Shown here piece by piece: positions 23,946 through 36,199 of a stretch of DNA of 64,000 bases. A program made the translations under genes and the position numbers. The notes beneath the pieces were generated by a model that saw only the letters and a list, made by a program, of their open reading frames with translations, was not told where the DNA came from and made no database searches. Origin of the DNA: Lama glama (lineage: Eukaryota); the NCBI GenBank assembly GCA_028534125.1, contig CM052816.1:80044001-80108000 (forward strand), read 5' to 3'. Numbering within the stretch: position 1 is the stretch's first letter; the number at the start of each line of letters is the position of its first letter.

Positions 23946-26596
23946 AGATCAAATACAAAAAGTGAAAAGGAGGTCCCTGTGCAAAGTTGTCAGGTAGTGA
24001 GAAATAGCTTTGGAGTGAGAGGGTAGCTCCACTGATGGTTATATTTGATTTTTGATCTTGCTCTAGAAAGATTTAATTGCCGAATGTTGGTTACCAGGAT
24101 GTCACTGGTCCTTGACTTGGCTTTAAAGTGGGGCAACTTGGACTCTCCACATGCTGGAATGTGGGAAATGTCATTTATGATGATCACAATGGTTCTCTTT
24201 GACTGCTGAATCCTTACCCAGGCTTCCAGCGCCTCCAGCAGTTTTCACAATAAGGAGTAAATAAGTTAATAAAATGGATTCTGTGAACTCTGATGCCCTA
24301 GGAGCAGAAGTGGGGGAGTAGGCTGAGAGCAGAGAAATCATTTCTGCTGCCCCCGCTATCATGTTTGGATGTCCTTTGGACATCATGTGTTCAAACTGTA
24401 CCTTGGCATCTCTGGTCCAGCAGAGAGGGGGTCCCTGCCCCCTTGAAGACAGCTCTCTGCATTTTCTCCAACATGTTACTGTGCATGCTGTCTGACCTGG
24501 GGTCCTCACAGCCTGCACTCCTCTTCTTCTAGAAAACTGCCCTTCTCGCCTCCCCTACTCCCCCGTCCAGCCAGGTTATATTCTGACTGTAGCTGTCCCC
24601 AAGAGATGTGTCCTCAGCAAGGCTATTCAGAGACCCTCCCTGGCATTTTCGGAGTTGTGGGAGGGGAGAGGGGAAAGGGCAGTAGAGAAGGGAAAGGAGT
24701 GGAAGGGGGAAGGGAAGATCTTCCTCTCTGGTGGAGAAACTGGGAAAGCCATCAGCCTGACGGCTGCCCACAACCCAATCCAACCCCAGCACAGAGAACT
24801 GGTTTGAGGGAAGGAATCAGGGAGGCCTGATTCCAGGGATTCCTGAGGCCCTGACACCTTTTTAGCACAGGGCTTGGAGTCATATGCGCCAAGGCACCCC
24901 ACTTCGAGCCTCAGCTATTTCAAGCGGAGTTTCCATCGCTTGCAGTCTAAGCGTGCTGACGTGTTCTTTGGTGCCGTCTCACCTGGTCGGTCCTGCTCAG
25001 CCTGTCCCCTCAGATGTCACAGTAAAAGAGGGGCCTAGAACTTGGACAGCCCTGCTGCAGCCTGCCTTTCTGTCTGTCCAGCTCATTTCTGAAGTCAGTA
25101 GCTAAACTCACTTTAGGAACCTGCAGAAATGAAATATACACGCTCCAGAGTCTCCCTGGGCTGAATACAGGGGTGACCTAAAAGGTCCCTCTGAACCTGC
25201 AGGTAAGGGAGGGCACACTTATCATTCACTTGTCTAGCTATTAGCTGCTCCCTGATCAGCTCTGCCCCAAGCCGCACACTCTCGCCCAGCCCCACCTCCA
25301 AGCATTCCGTTCTTTATTCACCACAGAAGACCTGGCCAGCAAGCCCCATCTTCTGGGCCGTCTCCATTCTGAAAATATGTTCTGGCTCTTTGGCTCTCCT
25401 ACAGGAACCAGCCAACAATGAAAACAACTATGATTAACTGGAAATGAATGGCATTAGACTTTTAAAAACCCTCCTGAAATAAAATGCCATTGTGACAGTT
25501 GGGCCCAGGAAGGACCCTGTGCCGCAGCTAAGGATGAATAGGGCAACTCTTTAGGATAGGTGGGGACAAGGAGAGAGGGGCAGACAGTGGGAGAGCTGCC
25601 CTGGAGGAGGGGGTGGAATGCTGGGGTTCAGCTGGACCAGGAGACCTCGGGGCCCAAGGATAATTCTCCGAGCAGTTAGTTTAATCCTTCAATATTGCTG
25701 AAGATATGATACACAAACATGCTCTCACTTACCCTAATTTATTCTAAACAAAACACCGGGAAGAGAAACCCAACACAGAGGCTCAGTCACCAAGGCATCA
25801 CCCCCCAGGGGCTACGCCAGCCTGGATTTGCCACAATACTGTCCTGGCAGCGCAAATGGAAAAGCCTCTCAGATCCTTTCCATTAGAAGCCCCAGGCTGC
25901 TCCACACCTGTGCTATGTGGGGGGCCCATAACCGCCTCCCCAGTGAAGACCAACTCCTGTTAACTGAATTTGGTACCCTGGACATTCTGTCTCAATTTTC
26001 AACCATTTTCTGTGTTTTGGGACAAGAAGAAAACAGCAGAAAGGATGCAGAATGCTTCCATCATCTGTAACAAAGACTTAAAGATTTAATACACACTTAC
26101 CCAGTCCTGTGCCCACAAATCCACATACCTTGTACCTTAATCTACAAAGGTTTACAGAGTAAAGATATCATAGCTACTTGAATTTGCATATCAAGAACTT
26201 GCAATTTAAGAGAAAAAATAGATTGTATTTAGTAATATACACCGAATACCAACTATGGGCCAAGTACATAGGGGATGTAGAAATGTGGACCATACATAAT
26301 CCTTGCCTACAAGAAAGGAAAAAAAAAAAAGGTCCACGTAGATGAATGCACCTGCATGAAAGCAGAGAGATACAGGTTTGTAAACCAAAAACACAGGTGA
26401 CCATTATACTCTGTGGCATCAATTTGGGATGAAGCTACTGTACTTCCCTAAGGAAATGTGGAAAGCTAAGGGCAAAATTCCAGGTAACTGGGTAAAGATG
26501 CGGGGAAGCTTAATCAAACAGGCATCTATTGAGGGCGCTCTAGGTGTCAGGCGATACTGAAGTGGCAGGACCTACAACATGACATACTACTTAGAC

Positions 26597-26915
26597 CAGT
26601 GCTGTCCAGTACTGTAGACATTAGCCACACGTGGCCTGTGAGCATTTGAAACATGGCCAGTGCAAACTGACATGCACTGCTGAAGTACAAAATACACAAC
26701 GGATTTCAAAGACTTCCTACGGAAAAAGAATGTCAACCATATCATTAATAGGTTGACTGAATACATGTTGATAGTATTTCAGATATACTAGATAAAATAT
26801 ATTATTACAATTAATTTCATTTGGTTCATTTTCCTTTTTGGGCCTACTGGAAACTTTTAATTGACTTACAGTGGCTTGTATTTGTAGCTTGCTTATGTTC
26901 TGTTAGACAGTGATG
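26597..26915 (-). mobile_element. MER33 hAT-Charlie MITE
   Basis: cagtgctgtccagtactgtagacattagccacacgtggcc.. is the reverse complement of the MER33 end. Confidence 0.75.
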
Positions 26916-28520
26916 CTTTAGATTTTCCCTTTGAAGAATGTCATGACAGCATCCACTTAACAGTAACAGTATGTTATTACTTACAAGGCAGGCACAAAAT
27001 TAAGCAAAAAAAAAGTATATGTTATCATTTGGCCAAAGTGGTACAATTTATCGGTGGAGGAGGCTAGATCGACAATCAGGGTCAGCTCCTGAGCCCAAAA
27101 TACAACGCGGGACTGCATATTGGACAACACCAGTAGTAAGAATAACAATTAAAAAAAAAGATCTGGCCAACAGACCAACCTTTTTACAACTTAAAAAAAA
27201 AGATCAGTCACCTTCAAAAATGGACTGTCCTCACATTGGCAGCTGGCAGGACACAGCTCCTTGAAGAAGGATGAATGGACCAATGTGAAAAAGGCCATTC
27301 CCCCTGGCTGTCTGCCCTGCCTCATTCCAGGGGAGGGTAGCATTCTTCTTTCTTTGTTCTTTTAATACGTGGAGCATATATATAATGAATAAATCTAAAG
27401 AACTCACTAGTCAAAAAGATCCTTTTCCATATAGCTTTGCTAAAGATACCAAGTTGATAACAGAAAATGTGAAGATAAGTATAGACAAGCGAAGTGGCTA
27501 TTTTTATACTCGGCTGAGCTGGCAAACTACAGACTGGGGCGGAGGTTTCCATGCTTTCACGACAACATGGAAAAGCAGAACTATTAGATATTTCGATGCT
27601 TCCCCATCATTAGGATCCTTCTGTTCCTTAAGAGATTATTTCTAATAGCCCGCAGAACAACTCTCTCCAAGCTATAAAAAAGATGAAATATTACAGTTCT
27701 TCAGGACAATGAAAAGCGCCAATATAATAATAAAAGCGTATCCTAGAACAATCACCAGTGAAGCGGGAAGGGGCAGGGGGTGCAGGTGAAATCTGGTCTG
27801 GGAGCCACACACAGAAGCACCCATGGCCGGCAGGCTGCCACCTGGGCCTGAAGCAGATCTCACCGGGATAGGGTGAGCGGCTCTTTGTTTCTTTCACAGT
27901 CGTAGATATAAACACCCACTTTCAATGCAATGAGAATCAAATGCACTTTGTTCCAAGAGGTATGTGCTTTAAATAATCAGGGGTTGTTTCAGAGAAGAAG
28001 AAAGCAAGCTTGTTGCCAAACAAGGCACAGAGGTAACAGAGCCTCAGTAGATGGGTCAGGAGATGGGCTGGGACAGGAGTCATTCTGAGAAAATCTCTTT
28101 CTAAGAGACTCTAGAGGAAAAGCAATAGAAAAAGTAAACAAACAGCACACCCAACATGGTCTAAAGTTGTGGAGCGCAGAAGGAATCTAATTACTGAGGA
28201 GCTGATCAAGACTGCTGGCTGGGTGTGTACGTAAAGCGAGTGGCAGAAATGAGTTTTTCCTTTGAAAAAAAAAAAAAAACCTAGGAAATCCTGAATGGTA
28301 TACAGATAGTGTCCATGCCTTTATTTTCAATTTTTTTGCTATTAAAAAAAAGCTCATCGAAAAGAAATGTGAAACTTTTTTTCTCAGAAGAGAAAAATGG
28401 TATAATCCCAAAGAAAATTAAGGATTTTTTAAAGCAAAACTTCAGGAAGGCTCTGAGAGCATTCAAAGCAACTTTGTATCCATGATGAATGTGGACTGGG
28501 TCTGAAGCAAGATTCACTTG

Positions 28521-28662
28521 AGGGGAGGGTATAGCTCAAATGGTAGAGTGCATGCTTAGCATACACGACATCGGTTCAATCCCTGGTACCTCCTCTAAAA
28601 ATATATAAATGAATAAATCTAATTACCTGCCCCCTCAAAAAAAAATAAAAAACAAACAAAAA
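28521..28662 (+). mobile_element. tRNA-derived SINE, camelid Vic-1-like
   Basis: ggggagggtatagctcaaatggtagagtgcatgcttagc..ggttcaatccctggtacctcc (A/B boxes), tail aattacctgccccctc(A)n; perfect 12-bp TSD aagattcacttg (28509-28520, 28663-28674). Confidence 0.9.
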
Positions 28663-28749
28663 AAGATTCACTTGGAGAGAGAATGGCAGGCCACTCACCA
28701 CCCAGCCCTGGTGAGGCCTTCAGTGCAGGACCTCAGGGCCCGGCGTCTG

Positions 28750-29726
28750 TTTGTGGCTCTGGAACATGGGTTTGAACGGTGCGAGTCCATTCATATGTGA
28801 ATTTTTTTCAATAAATACATTGGAAAAAAATTTTGGAGATGTGAAACAACTTGAAAAAACTCAGATGAACCGTGTAAGCCTAGAAATATAAAAAAAAATT
28901 AAGAAAAAGATATGTCATGAGTGCAGAAACTACAAGTAGCCTATCTTCACATGGGCATAAGGTGAGTGATGTTGAATATAAAATCAATAACGTGTTAGTT
29001 TTCTTACTGTCTGGTGACTTGCTTTCAGACAACTACATTACTGTAAAGGATGCCTGCCTACTTCCCTCCCTCCCTCCCTCTCATAATTGGAAAAACTGCT
29101 TATCAGCCTATCATCATAGGTAAGTGGTCTTTTTAAAAATGTAACAATGTTTCCATTAGTATATTATAAATATGACTGTAATATGTATGCCATAAAAATT
29201 TTATCACCATTCATCCATTAGTGTATAGGCCAGGCTACCTCGAAGCAACGGCATCACTTACACGAGGCTACCATCAAGCAATCACATTGCTGCTGCTTCG
29301 TTTTAATGTGTGAATCGTTATCCCTATAAATATGAATTTCTTTTTCGCATCGTCTCATTTTTGACGTCTAGTGTTAGTAACACGTATGACATCTACCATG
29401 TTTTGCATCACCTAAGACAATACTGATGGGGGCTCTGACAGACAATTCATCTTGCAAACAGACAACATAAACTTACGGTATCAATAAATACGGTACATCC
29501 TGGAATTGTGTTTTCTCTTTTCAGCTTACTTCACTGTGCGACTACAACATATAACACATAAAACATACGAAACCTCTGTTAATCGCCTGTTATCAGGAAG
29601 GCTTCCGGCCAACAGGAGGCTATTAGTAGTAAAGTTTTGGGGGAGTCAAAAGTTACACACGGATTTTTCAACTTTGTGGGCAGTAGGGGGGTGCCCCTAA
29701 CCCCCATGTTGTTCAAGGGCCAATGG
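28750..29726. mobile_element. Tigger2-derived non-autonomous DNA transposon (~1 kb)
   Basis: Left end gaacatgggtttgaac..gtccattcatatgtgaattttt and right end aaagttttgggggagtcaaaagttacac..gttgttcaagggccaa match Tigger2 termini. Confidence 0.8.
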
Positions 29727-32700
29727 TATTTTTCTTCTTTGCCAAAGGCAGCTGGAAGGAAGAAAAAGCCACCCACAGGCCAAGAGCCTCCTGGCCAAAG
29801 TTCCCATGTCCTCTGGGGTGGCTGGGAAGGGGCCACTGGGAAGGGGCCGCTCCTCCCAACAGTGAGATGACTATAGGTCCCCATCACCCTCTGGAAATTA
29901 GCACTCCCTTTCATTTTTGAAAAAGGATCAATCACCAACAGGTCAACTCTCATAGGAGGAGACAGGCAAGTTCTGGAAGCATTCTTGTCAAATTAAGAGG
30001 CAGAGCACAGAATTTGTCAACTCACTGATAAAGCCTGACCAATGGATCTATTTCTGTGGTTCCCGCCCAGGAGGATGCTGAGGCCCTGCATTCCAGGTCC
30101 TTTTCTGACCTCTGTGCCATGTGCCTCACCTGGGACTCCCCACTGGTCTCCAGTACAGCTTTTCTGAGTCACCACCCGTCTTCTTCACTGATAACAAAGG
30201 TACAGGTCACTGTCTACATCTGAGAGAAAGAGACAAACACAACAGCTTCTATAGAAGCCTGGTGCCAAGAGCAGCCAGCACTAACGGTCACGTCTAGCTC
30301 CGCCCCTTACTAACCAGGCCACTTTCGGAGGGGTCGTTTCTCTTCCCTAGACCTCAATCTCAGATGTATAATGAGTTCCCCCCCACCACTCCAACCGTTA
30401 ATGGTTGCCTTGTGCTCCAGTGGAATGTAAATGTGTCAACCTCGTTACAAGTCTAAGCTCCATGGAGGCAGGCAGTGCTGTTCATCCTCAGTCCTCTGCT
30501 ACTCAAGGGCTCTCGGAGCATGTACTGCTCAGGGGGGATCTGCCCGGAAGCTGCCAGCCTAGGAACAGACTGACTGGTGCAGAGAAGGCACTCAGTTCAA
30601 TTAAACTGTCTTGCTGAAGGAGCCAGAATCAGTTGCCCTTTGTGACAGGTAGGTCCACATTCCTTTTGGCCCAATTATTGACTGAAGAGGTGGAGGATGC
30701 CACCGAAGATGGACAGTGACAGAACAAGCTCCTGAGTGTGGCTCCCAATGGCCGTCCCTTCCCCCAGTGTCTGCCACTCCCCACAGAAGGGCGAGTTCCT
30801 CTGGAAGAGCAGGCTTCTGGCTGAGGGCCAGCTCCCCAGCGAGGAACTGCGGTCCCATCTTCCTCAGGTCCCCTTGGAGGCAGCCCCAGAGGCTAGGAGG
30901 CCAAGATGAGAAGGACAGGACGAGAGCAAGTGGGGGATATCCCTCCTCTCCAGGCTGAACAGTCAGAGATGCACCCCCGTGAGCTTCGAAGCATCACAGA
31001 TTAGACCAGGGACATCTCAGTTCCCTCCTGCAACAGCAATGAGGACACTGCTCCCAGCTGGATCCTTGGGATGAGAAATAAAAAGACCCATCCTTAGAAT
31101 TCATCACATCTCTGTGAAACAACAGTCTTACTACAGCTTCACTTTTTATCACTTCTAAATAGCATCTTATTGCATCCACTAGAAATAGTTTCTAAAAATG
31201 GTCAATGGTACATAGGCTGCTGGGTGTGGCAACTAGTGACCGGTTTTCTTACTGCGGGGTATAAAACCCACAATTAGTACTTTTCACTCCTGTGTGATAG
31301 GTTATCTGGGGAACAGCGGCACACGATAGAAAACAGACCCCCTGTCATTGTACTCTTGATCCTGAAGAGGTAGCTGTTAAAGGCAAACAGGACAAATGCA
31401 ACAAGATTTTCTGGGTTAACCTGGGGATTCCAAAGTGGTTCATAAGTGGGCCTAGCACAGGGAGTTCCATGAACCTCTCGAAAGTGACAAAGATTCCAAA
31501 TGCAGAGCATCACTGCATACAAGCGCATTTCCCCTAGGACAAAAGGTCCAACCCTTGCAACCTGATTTGCGAAAGTATTCACCTATGACTCAAAAATATT
31601 TAACAATCACTGCTCAGTGGCCTGCCTCAGTTTGCAAGATGAACTCCACTTGGAGGAAACCCTTGACTCTGCACTGCCCTAGAGTAAAGGAAGCTTCTCG
31701 GCCTTTTATTCCCCACCCATGAGCTCTGTCAGAACTTTCTCTTCTGGCTGGGTTTCTGTCAATTCAGCCAGCAAGAGGAACCAGACAGATGTATGACAGT
31801 GAGAAGAGACAGGTATGCTGCTGTGGCTGTTAAAATTTTAGAGTCATTTAGCTCTTTAAAAAGAAAACATTCCAGATTAAGCAAACTGAATTCATCTAGA
31901 AAGCAAAGGGGGAAAAAAAAGATTGATATTGCTGTTACCAACTCAATATCTAATAAGGATAAGAAAAGTCGAACTGATGTTTTAAAAAGCAATGTAATAA
32001 CTGATGGTAAGGGAAATTCACATGGTAGAGGATGAACTGTGTTACGTTACTTGATCAACTTTGATGTTCACTAAATGTCAGTTTAAGGGAAAAAAAGGAA
32101 AAAGTCTACATATTTTCTACTGTGCCATAAACTTCTTGGACTACAACCAACTTTTCTCACAACTGGATTCTGTTCACTTCGAAGCAGGGATGTTCAAAGC
32201 ATGAACTCCCAAAGGTTGCCCCTTACCCAGGGGTGACCAATGGTCATGGAATTTACAAGGCAGGACACTATTTCCAGTGAACACAACTTACTACAGAAAG
32301 AACTGGAGTAGCTCACAGGTAAGGTTAGATGAGGTGGGACCCATCATACAAAATCAGCTGGTGAAGCAATCAAGACAGTGAGTTCTCCAAAGGGTGGATG
32401 GGGAGCAAAGGTGTTTCTTAACTACAGATAAGAAAATTAAGATTTAGGGAGGTGACATGACTTGCCTAAGGAGAAATGACACCTTCTGAGCTTCAGCCTG
32501 CATTTTGCTACCTCCACTACCTCTGCCTTTTGATTACTGTGTAAATTCTCCTCTAGACTAGGAAAGCTCACTCTCTGATGACCACCATGAAGGGCTTTTA
32601 TGACCCCTGGGACAGGTTGTTGTTGTTCAATGTTAACCACCTACTATGTGACGGACACTCTACTGGACACAGAAAATAGAGAACTGAAGAATGAGGCACA

Positions 32701-33804
32701 CTTCATTCAAAGAGAAAAATGTTTGGTTTTAAAACACATGGTCAAGCCTGCAAAGTTTTATTAAAACACTGACTAAATTTACCGATACCCATCAGCAAGT
32801 CTGATGTTAAAGACTAGACCAGTCTGTCCATCGTATATAGTCAAACATTAATTTCCCAATTCCAGCTAACAATCTTTCTCTTTCATGAAACCACCTGTAC
32901 TTTTCAGCTCATGGGTAGCGATAAAAAAGAAATCTCTAAATCATGTAGCATCTTAACGATTTTTTTGAAGAAAGGATACCATCCATTTCATATACCTAGG
33001 TAAACAATGGGGGGGAAAATCTAGAATCCTTTTTCCTATCGCCCATTTAAAATATACCCAAGAGGCCTTTGATATATTTAGCTTTGTTTTGTCAACTCCT
33101 ATATTCATCATTTCTCCTACATGGAGAAAATTCAGTTGGCTTCTAACAAAATAACACACAGCACTAACAGTGTATGTTCTCAGTACCATGAATTAAGGAT
33201 TTTATGACATGACAGTTTAAGTGTTCCTGGGCATACTAGTATAGCTATTGGTTGCTCCTGGATCTTCAGATCAAGGTCACTACTCCCCCCAACCACAAAA
33301 CAAAAACTTCAGGATAAATGCACTAAGTCAGCAATGATGAGTAAACCTTCTGCAGCAATTCAGAGAAATACATTTTCTGTTCTTAGAAATTCAGTGTGTC
33401 ACTCAAGACCATTGCCAGCCTGTCTGTCTGGATCCTGTAGGGGATGGAGAGTGAGCATCACTTGGTTATGCATTTTCCACATTTAAAGTGCTGGAAAGTT
33501 AAGGTACCAGGAAAAGGAAAGATGGGTGTTCTTGTGAGCATCGTGGTACTTATGCTTTCCTCTGAATTCTGGTTTAGGCAAATGTTGGCAGAAAAAAATC
33601 TGAAGACACAAGTGCTTTGTGGGATAGATCACATAGATTGAAATAGAGTGCTTTCTTTATAAGCACATGGGTTTTCATCCTGATGGAACCTGTAAATATG
33701 ACAACTGGGGCCCTCAAGTTACAGCTGTGGGAATAGTCAGCACCATTTAGGATATCCAATATGTGCTAAAAGAGAAACTCTAAGCAGAAAATCACAACAA
33801 AAAG

Positions 33805-34210
33805 CATGAAATTCATTCAACAAACATTTGAGGACTTACTGAACATGGACATTAGATATTTAACAGGAAACAAAAGAGATAAAACCCTGGTCTTCATGAA
33901 TCATACATTCTAGTACAGACCGACAGACTACTAATATAAACTATCTGGCAATTTAGAGGGTGCCATGGAGGAAAATAAAGGAGAAAAGAGGGGCAGTGCA
34001 TGCTGGAAGGGGATGGCAAGGGAAGATAGGCTAAGAAGGGGACTGACGTCTGCGTAAAGAGCTGAGGGGCTGAGGGGCTGAGGGGCACAGCCCTGGGCAT
34101 ATCTCGGGGAAGAGCAGTCCAGACAATGAGAACAGTAAATGCAATGGCTCTGAGGCAGGAATGTGCCTGGAAATTTGAAGGAATAATCAGGAAGCCAATG
34201 TGTTTCAACA
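33805..34210 (-). mobile_element. L2 LINE 3' fragment
   Basis: ttcattcaacaaacatttgag..aaaaccctggtcttcatgaatcatacattctagt. Confidence 0.7.
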
Positions 34211-34689
34211 CCTCTAACTGCTTCCAGATTAAGGGGTTGCCATTAGGGGGGAAATGACATGAACACAGCCATATTTTCACACACACTTAGAGCAGGAACG
34301 TGCTTTTGTAAATGCTTACTTGAGCCCCTTAATCTTACCACGCTGGAAGAAATGGGGAAGAGAGGCTGGGTGAGTGATCCAGGGTTACACCGCCAGGGAC
34401 TGGCCAAGAAAGGGCTTCAACACAAGTATCCCAAACTCAGCACCACGTTTGTCTCATGCTCCAACTTTATAATTCAGAGGCTCTATTTTTGTTAAAAAAA
34501 TTGAAAAACAAAAGAATTCAGCCAACTAACATAATTTTAGAGCTAAAAACTGATCAATTCCACTTTTCATTCAACAAGTAACCTACATATGCCCTACATA
34601 ATTGTTGAGGAGTGAAATAATTAACGCATCATTACCAAGATCTCATTACCCAGCAGTCAGTTGTATATGTGACAGAGAAACTGCACAAG

Positions 34690-35250
34690 GAGACAGGTCT
34701 CAGATGTTTACTGCTGCACTTTTATAGTAAAAAGGTAGAAAAAGATCAAGTGTCCTCAGCAGAAAAAGTGTAACAATGAAAAACTGGAAACACTCTAAGG
34801 CAAGGGAATCAGTATCCTATAATTTATAATTTATTCATAGACTGGAATTCTCCACAGCAGCTAAAGTAAATAAGATCTACATATATCTCAAATACAGGGA
34901 CAAATTTAAAAATGCAAGCAGTATGTATATAGAGTTATATCATTTATGTAAAATGTTAAACACACAAGCTCGCAGATATTGCCTGTGGAAATGTAATACA
35001 GAGGTACTAAAACATATCTGGACACTTTGAACACTAACTTCACATCAGTGGTTACCTGAGGATGGAGGCAGAGGAGGGGGGATAGAGAACACATTTAATT
35101 GGGGTTGCAGTTTATTTTCAATTGGGGAGGGGAGACACGAAGAAAATATGGAAGGATTACCAACTCAGACATAAGTAGTGGGACAATGGAAACCCTAACT
35201 ATATTCTCTTTATGTATATTTGAAACATTTCATACTTTTATTTTGAAAAA
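34690..35250 (+). mobile_element. Old L1ME-like 3' fragment
   Basis: gatgtttactgctgcacttttatagtaaaa..cagtggttacctgagg..tatatttgaaacatttcata. Confidence 0.55.
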
Positions 35251-35650
35251 TTGAGAGAAGGGAGAAAGCGAGAGACAAAACTCCACCATCACATTCTAGT
35301 AACTCCAAGTCCAAGTTTCCCTAACTTCCAAAGCTCAGTTCCTTCACCTTTAAAACATGAGTGATACTAGGTGTGCCTGCCTCAAAGAAGCTATGGAAGT
35401 GTCAGTCTGGAAACAGAACTTCATTGTCAGATACTAGCAGACAGAGACACTATATCATGCCCTCAATGAATCTCCAGGGCCCAGTATCCATTCTTTGTTT
35501 TCAAATTTCACAGACAATAGTAATAAGATTTTTTAACAGGGTTATAACCTCCTGCCCACCCCCAAAAAAGCCATAAAACAAATCTAAGGACTGTAAATGA
35601 TACAATAAATTCACTGATGAAGCATCTCAATGAATGGAGACAGCCCAAAC

Positions 35651-35770
35651 GGGGGGGGGGGGGGGGGGGGNNNNNNNNNNNNNNNNNNNNNNNNNNNNNN
35701 NNNNNNNNNNNNNNNNNNNNNNNNNNNNNNNNNNNNNNNNNNNNNNNNNNNNNNNNNNNNNNNNNNNNNN
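35651..35770. other. G20 run abutting a 100-N scaffold gap (35671-35770)
   Basis: Directly visible. Confidence 0.99.
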
Positions 35771-36199
35771 TGGAGACAGAGCAATCAAAACCCAGCCTCC
35801 CTATGATGCACTCTCTTCCAACTTCGTTCAGGCCTCAAGGAGGTGAGACTCTCCTCACTAAGATAAGCTTCTGCTGCGTCTTACTGATCGATAAAACTAA
35901 TTCCTCCCTCTGCTAGGCCCTGACGGTCTTAAGATCACATTCTCCAGGGAACTAGCAATGTTTCGCCATCCCAGGATGCTTCCTCTCGCGGAAGGAAAGC
36001 CAGGAGACCAATCTAAATCACCTGTGAGCCTGCGGCCAAGGAAAGCCGCCAGTCCAGGTAGGCGGCCTTGAGTCCACAGGTGTGTCCCAATCTTTGGAAA
36101 CAAAGCTGAGCTGAGCTGGGCTCCTTGGAGAAGCTAAGCCTTGCTATACAGCCCAGGCCCTGGGAGGTCACTTGTAATGCCTCCACTTTACCCTGGACT

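Noticed and set aside
28522..28595. tRNA-Ala-like gene
   Set aside because: Internal deletion, SINE tail and TSD show it is a SINE head.
35635..35779. G20 run and tggagacag repeated on both sides of the gap
   Set aside because: Adjacent to a 100-N placeholder; most likely a sequencing or assembly effect and uninterpretable without reads.
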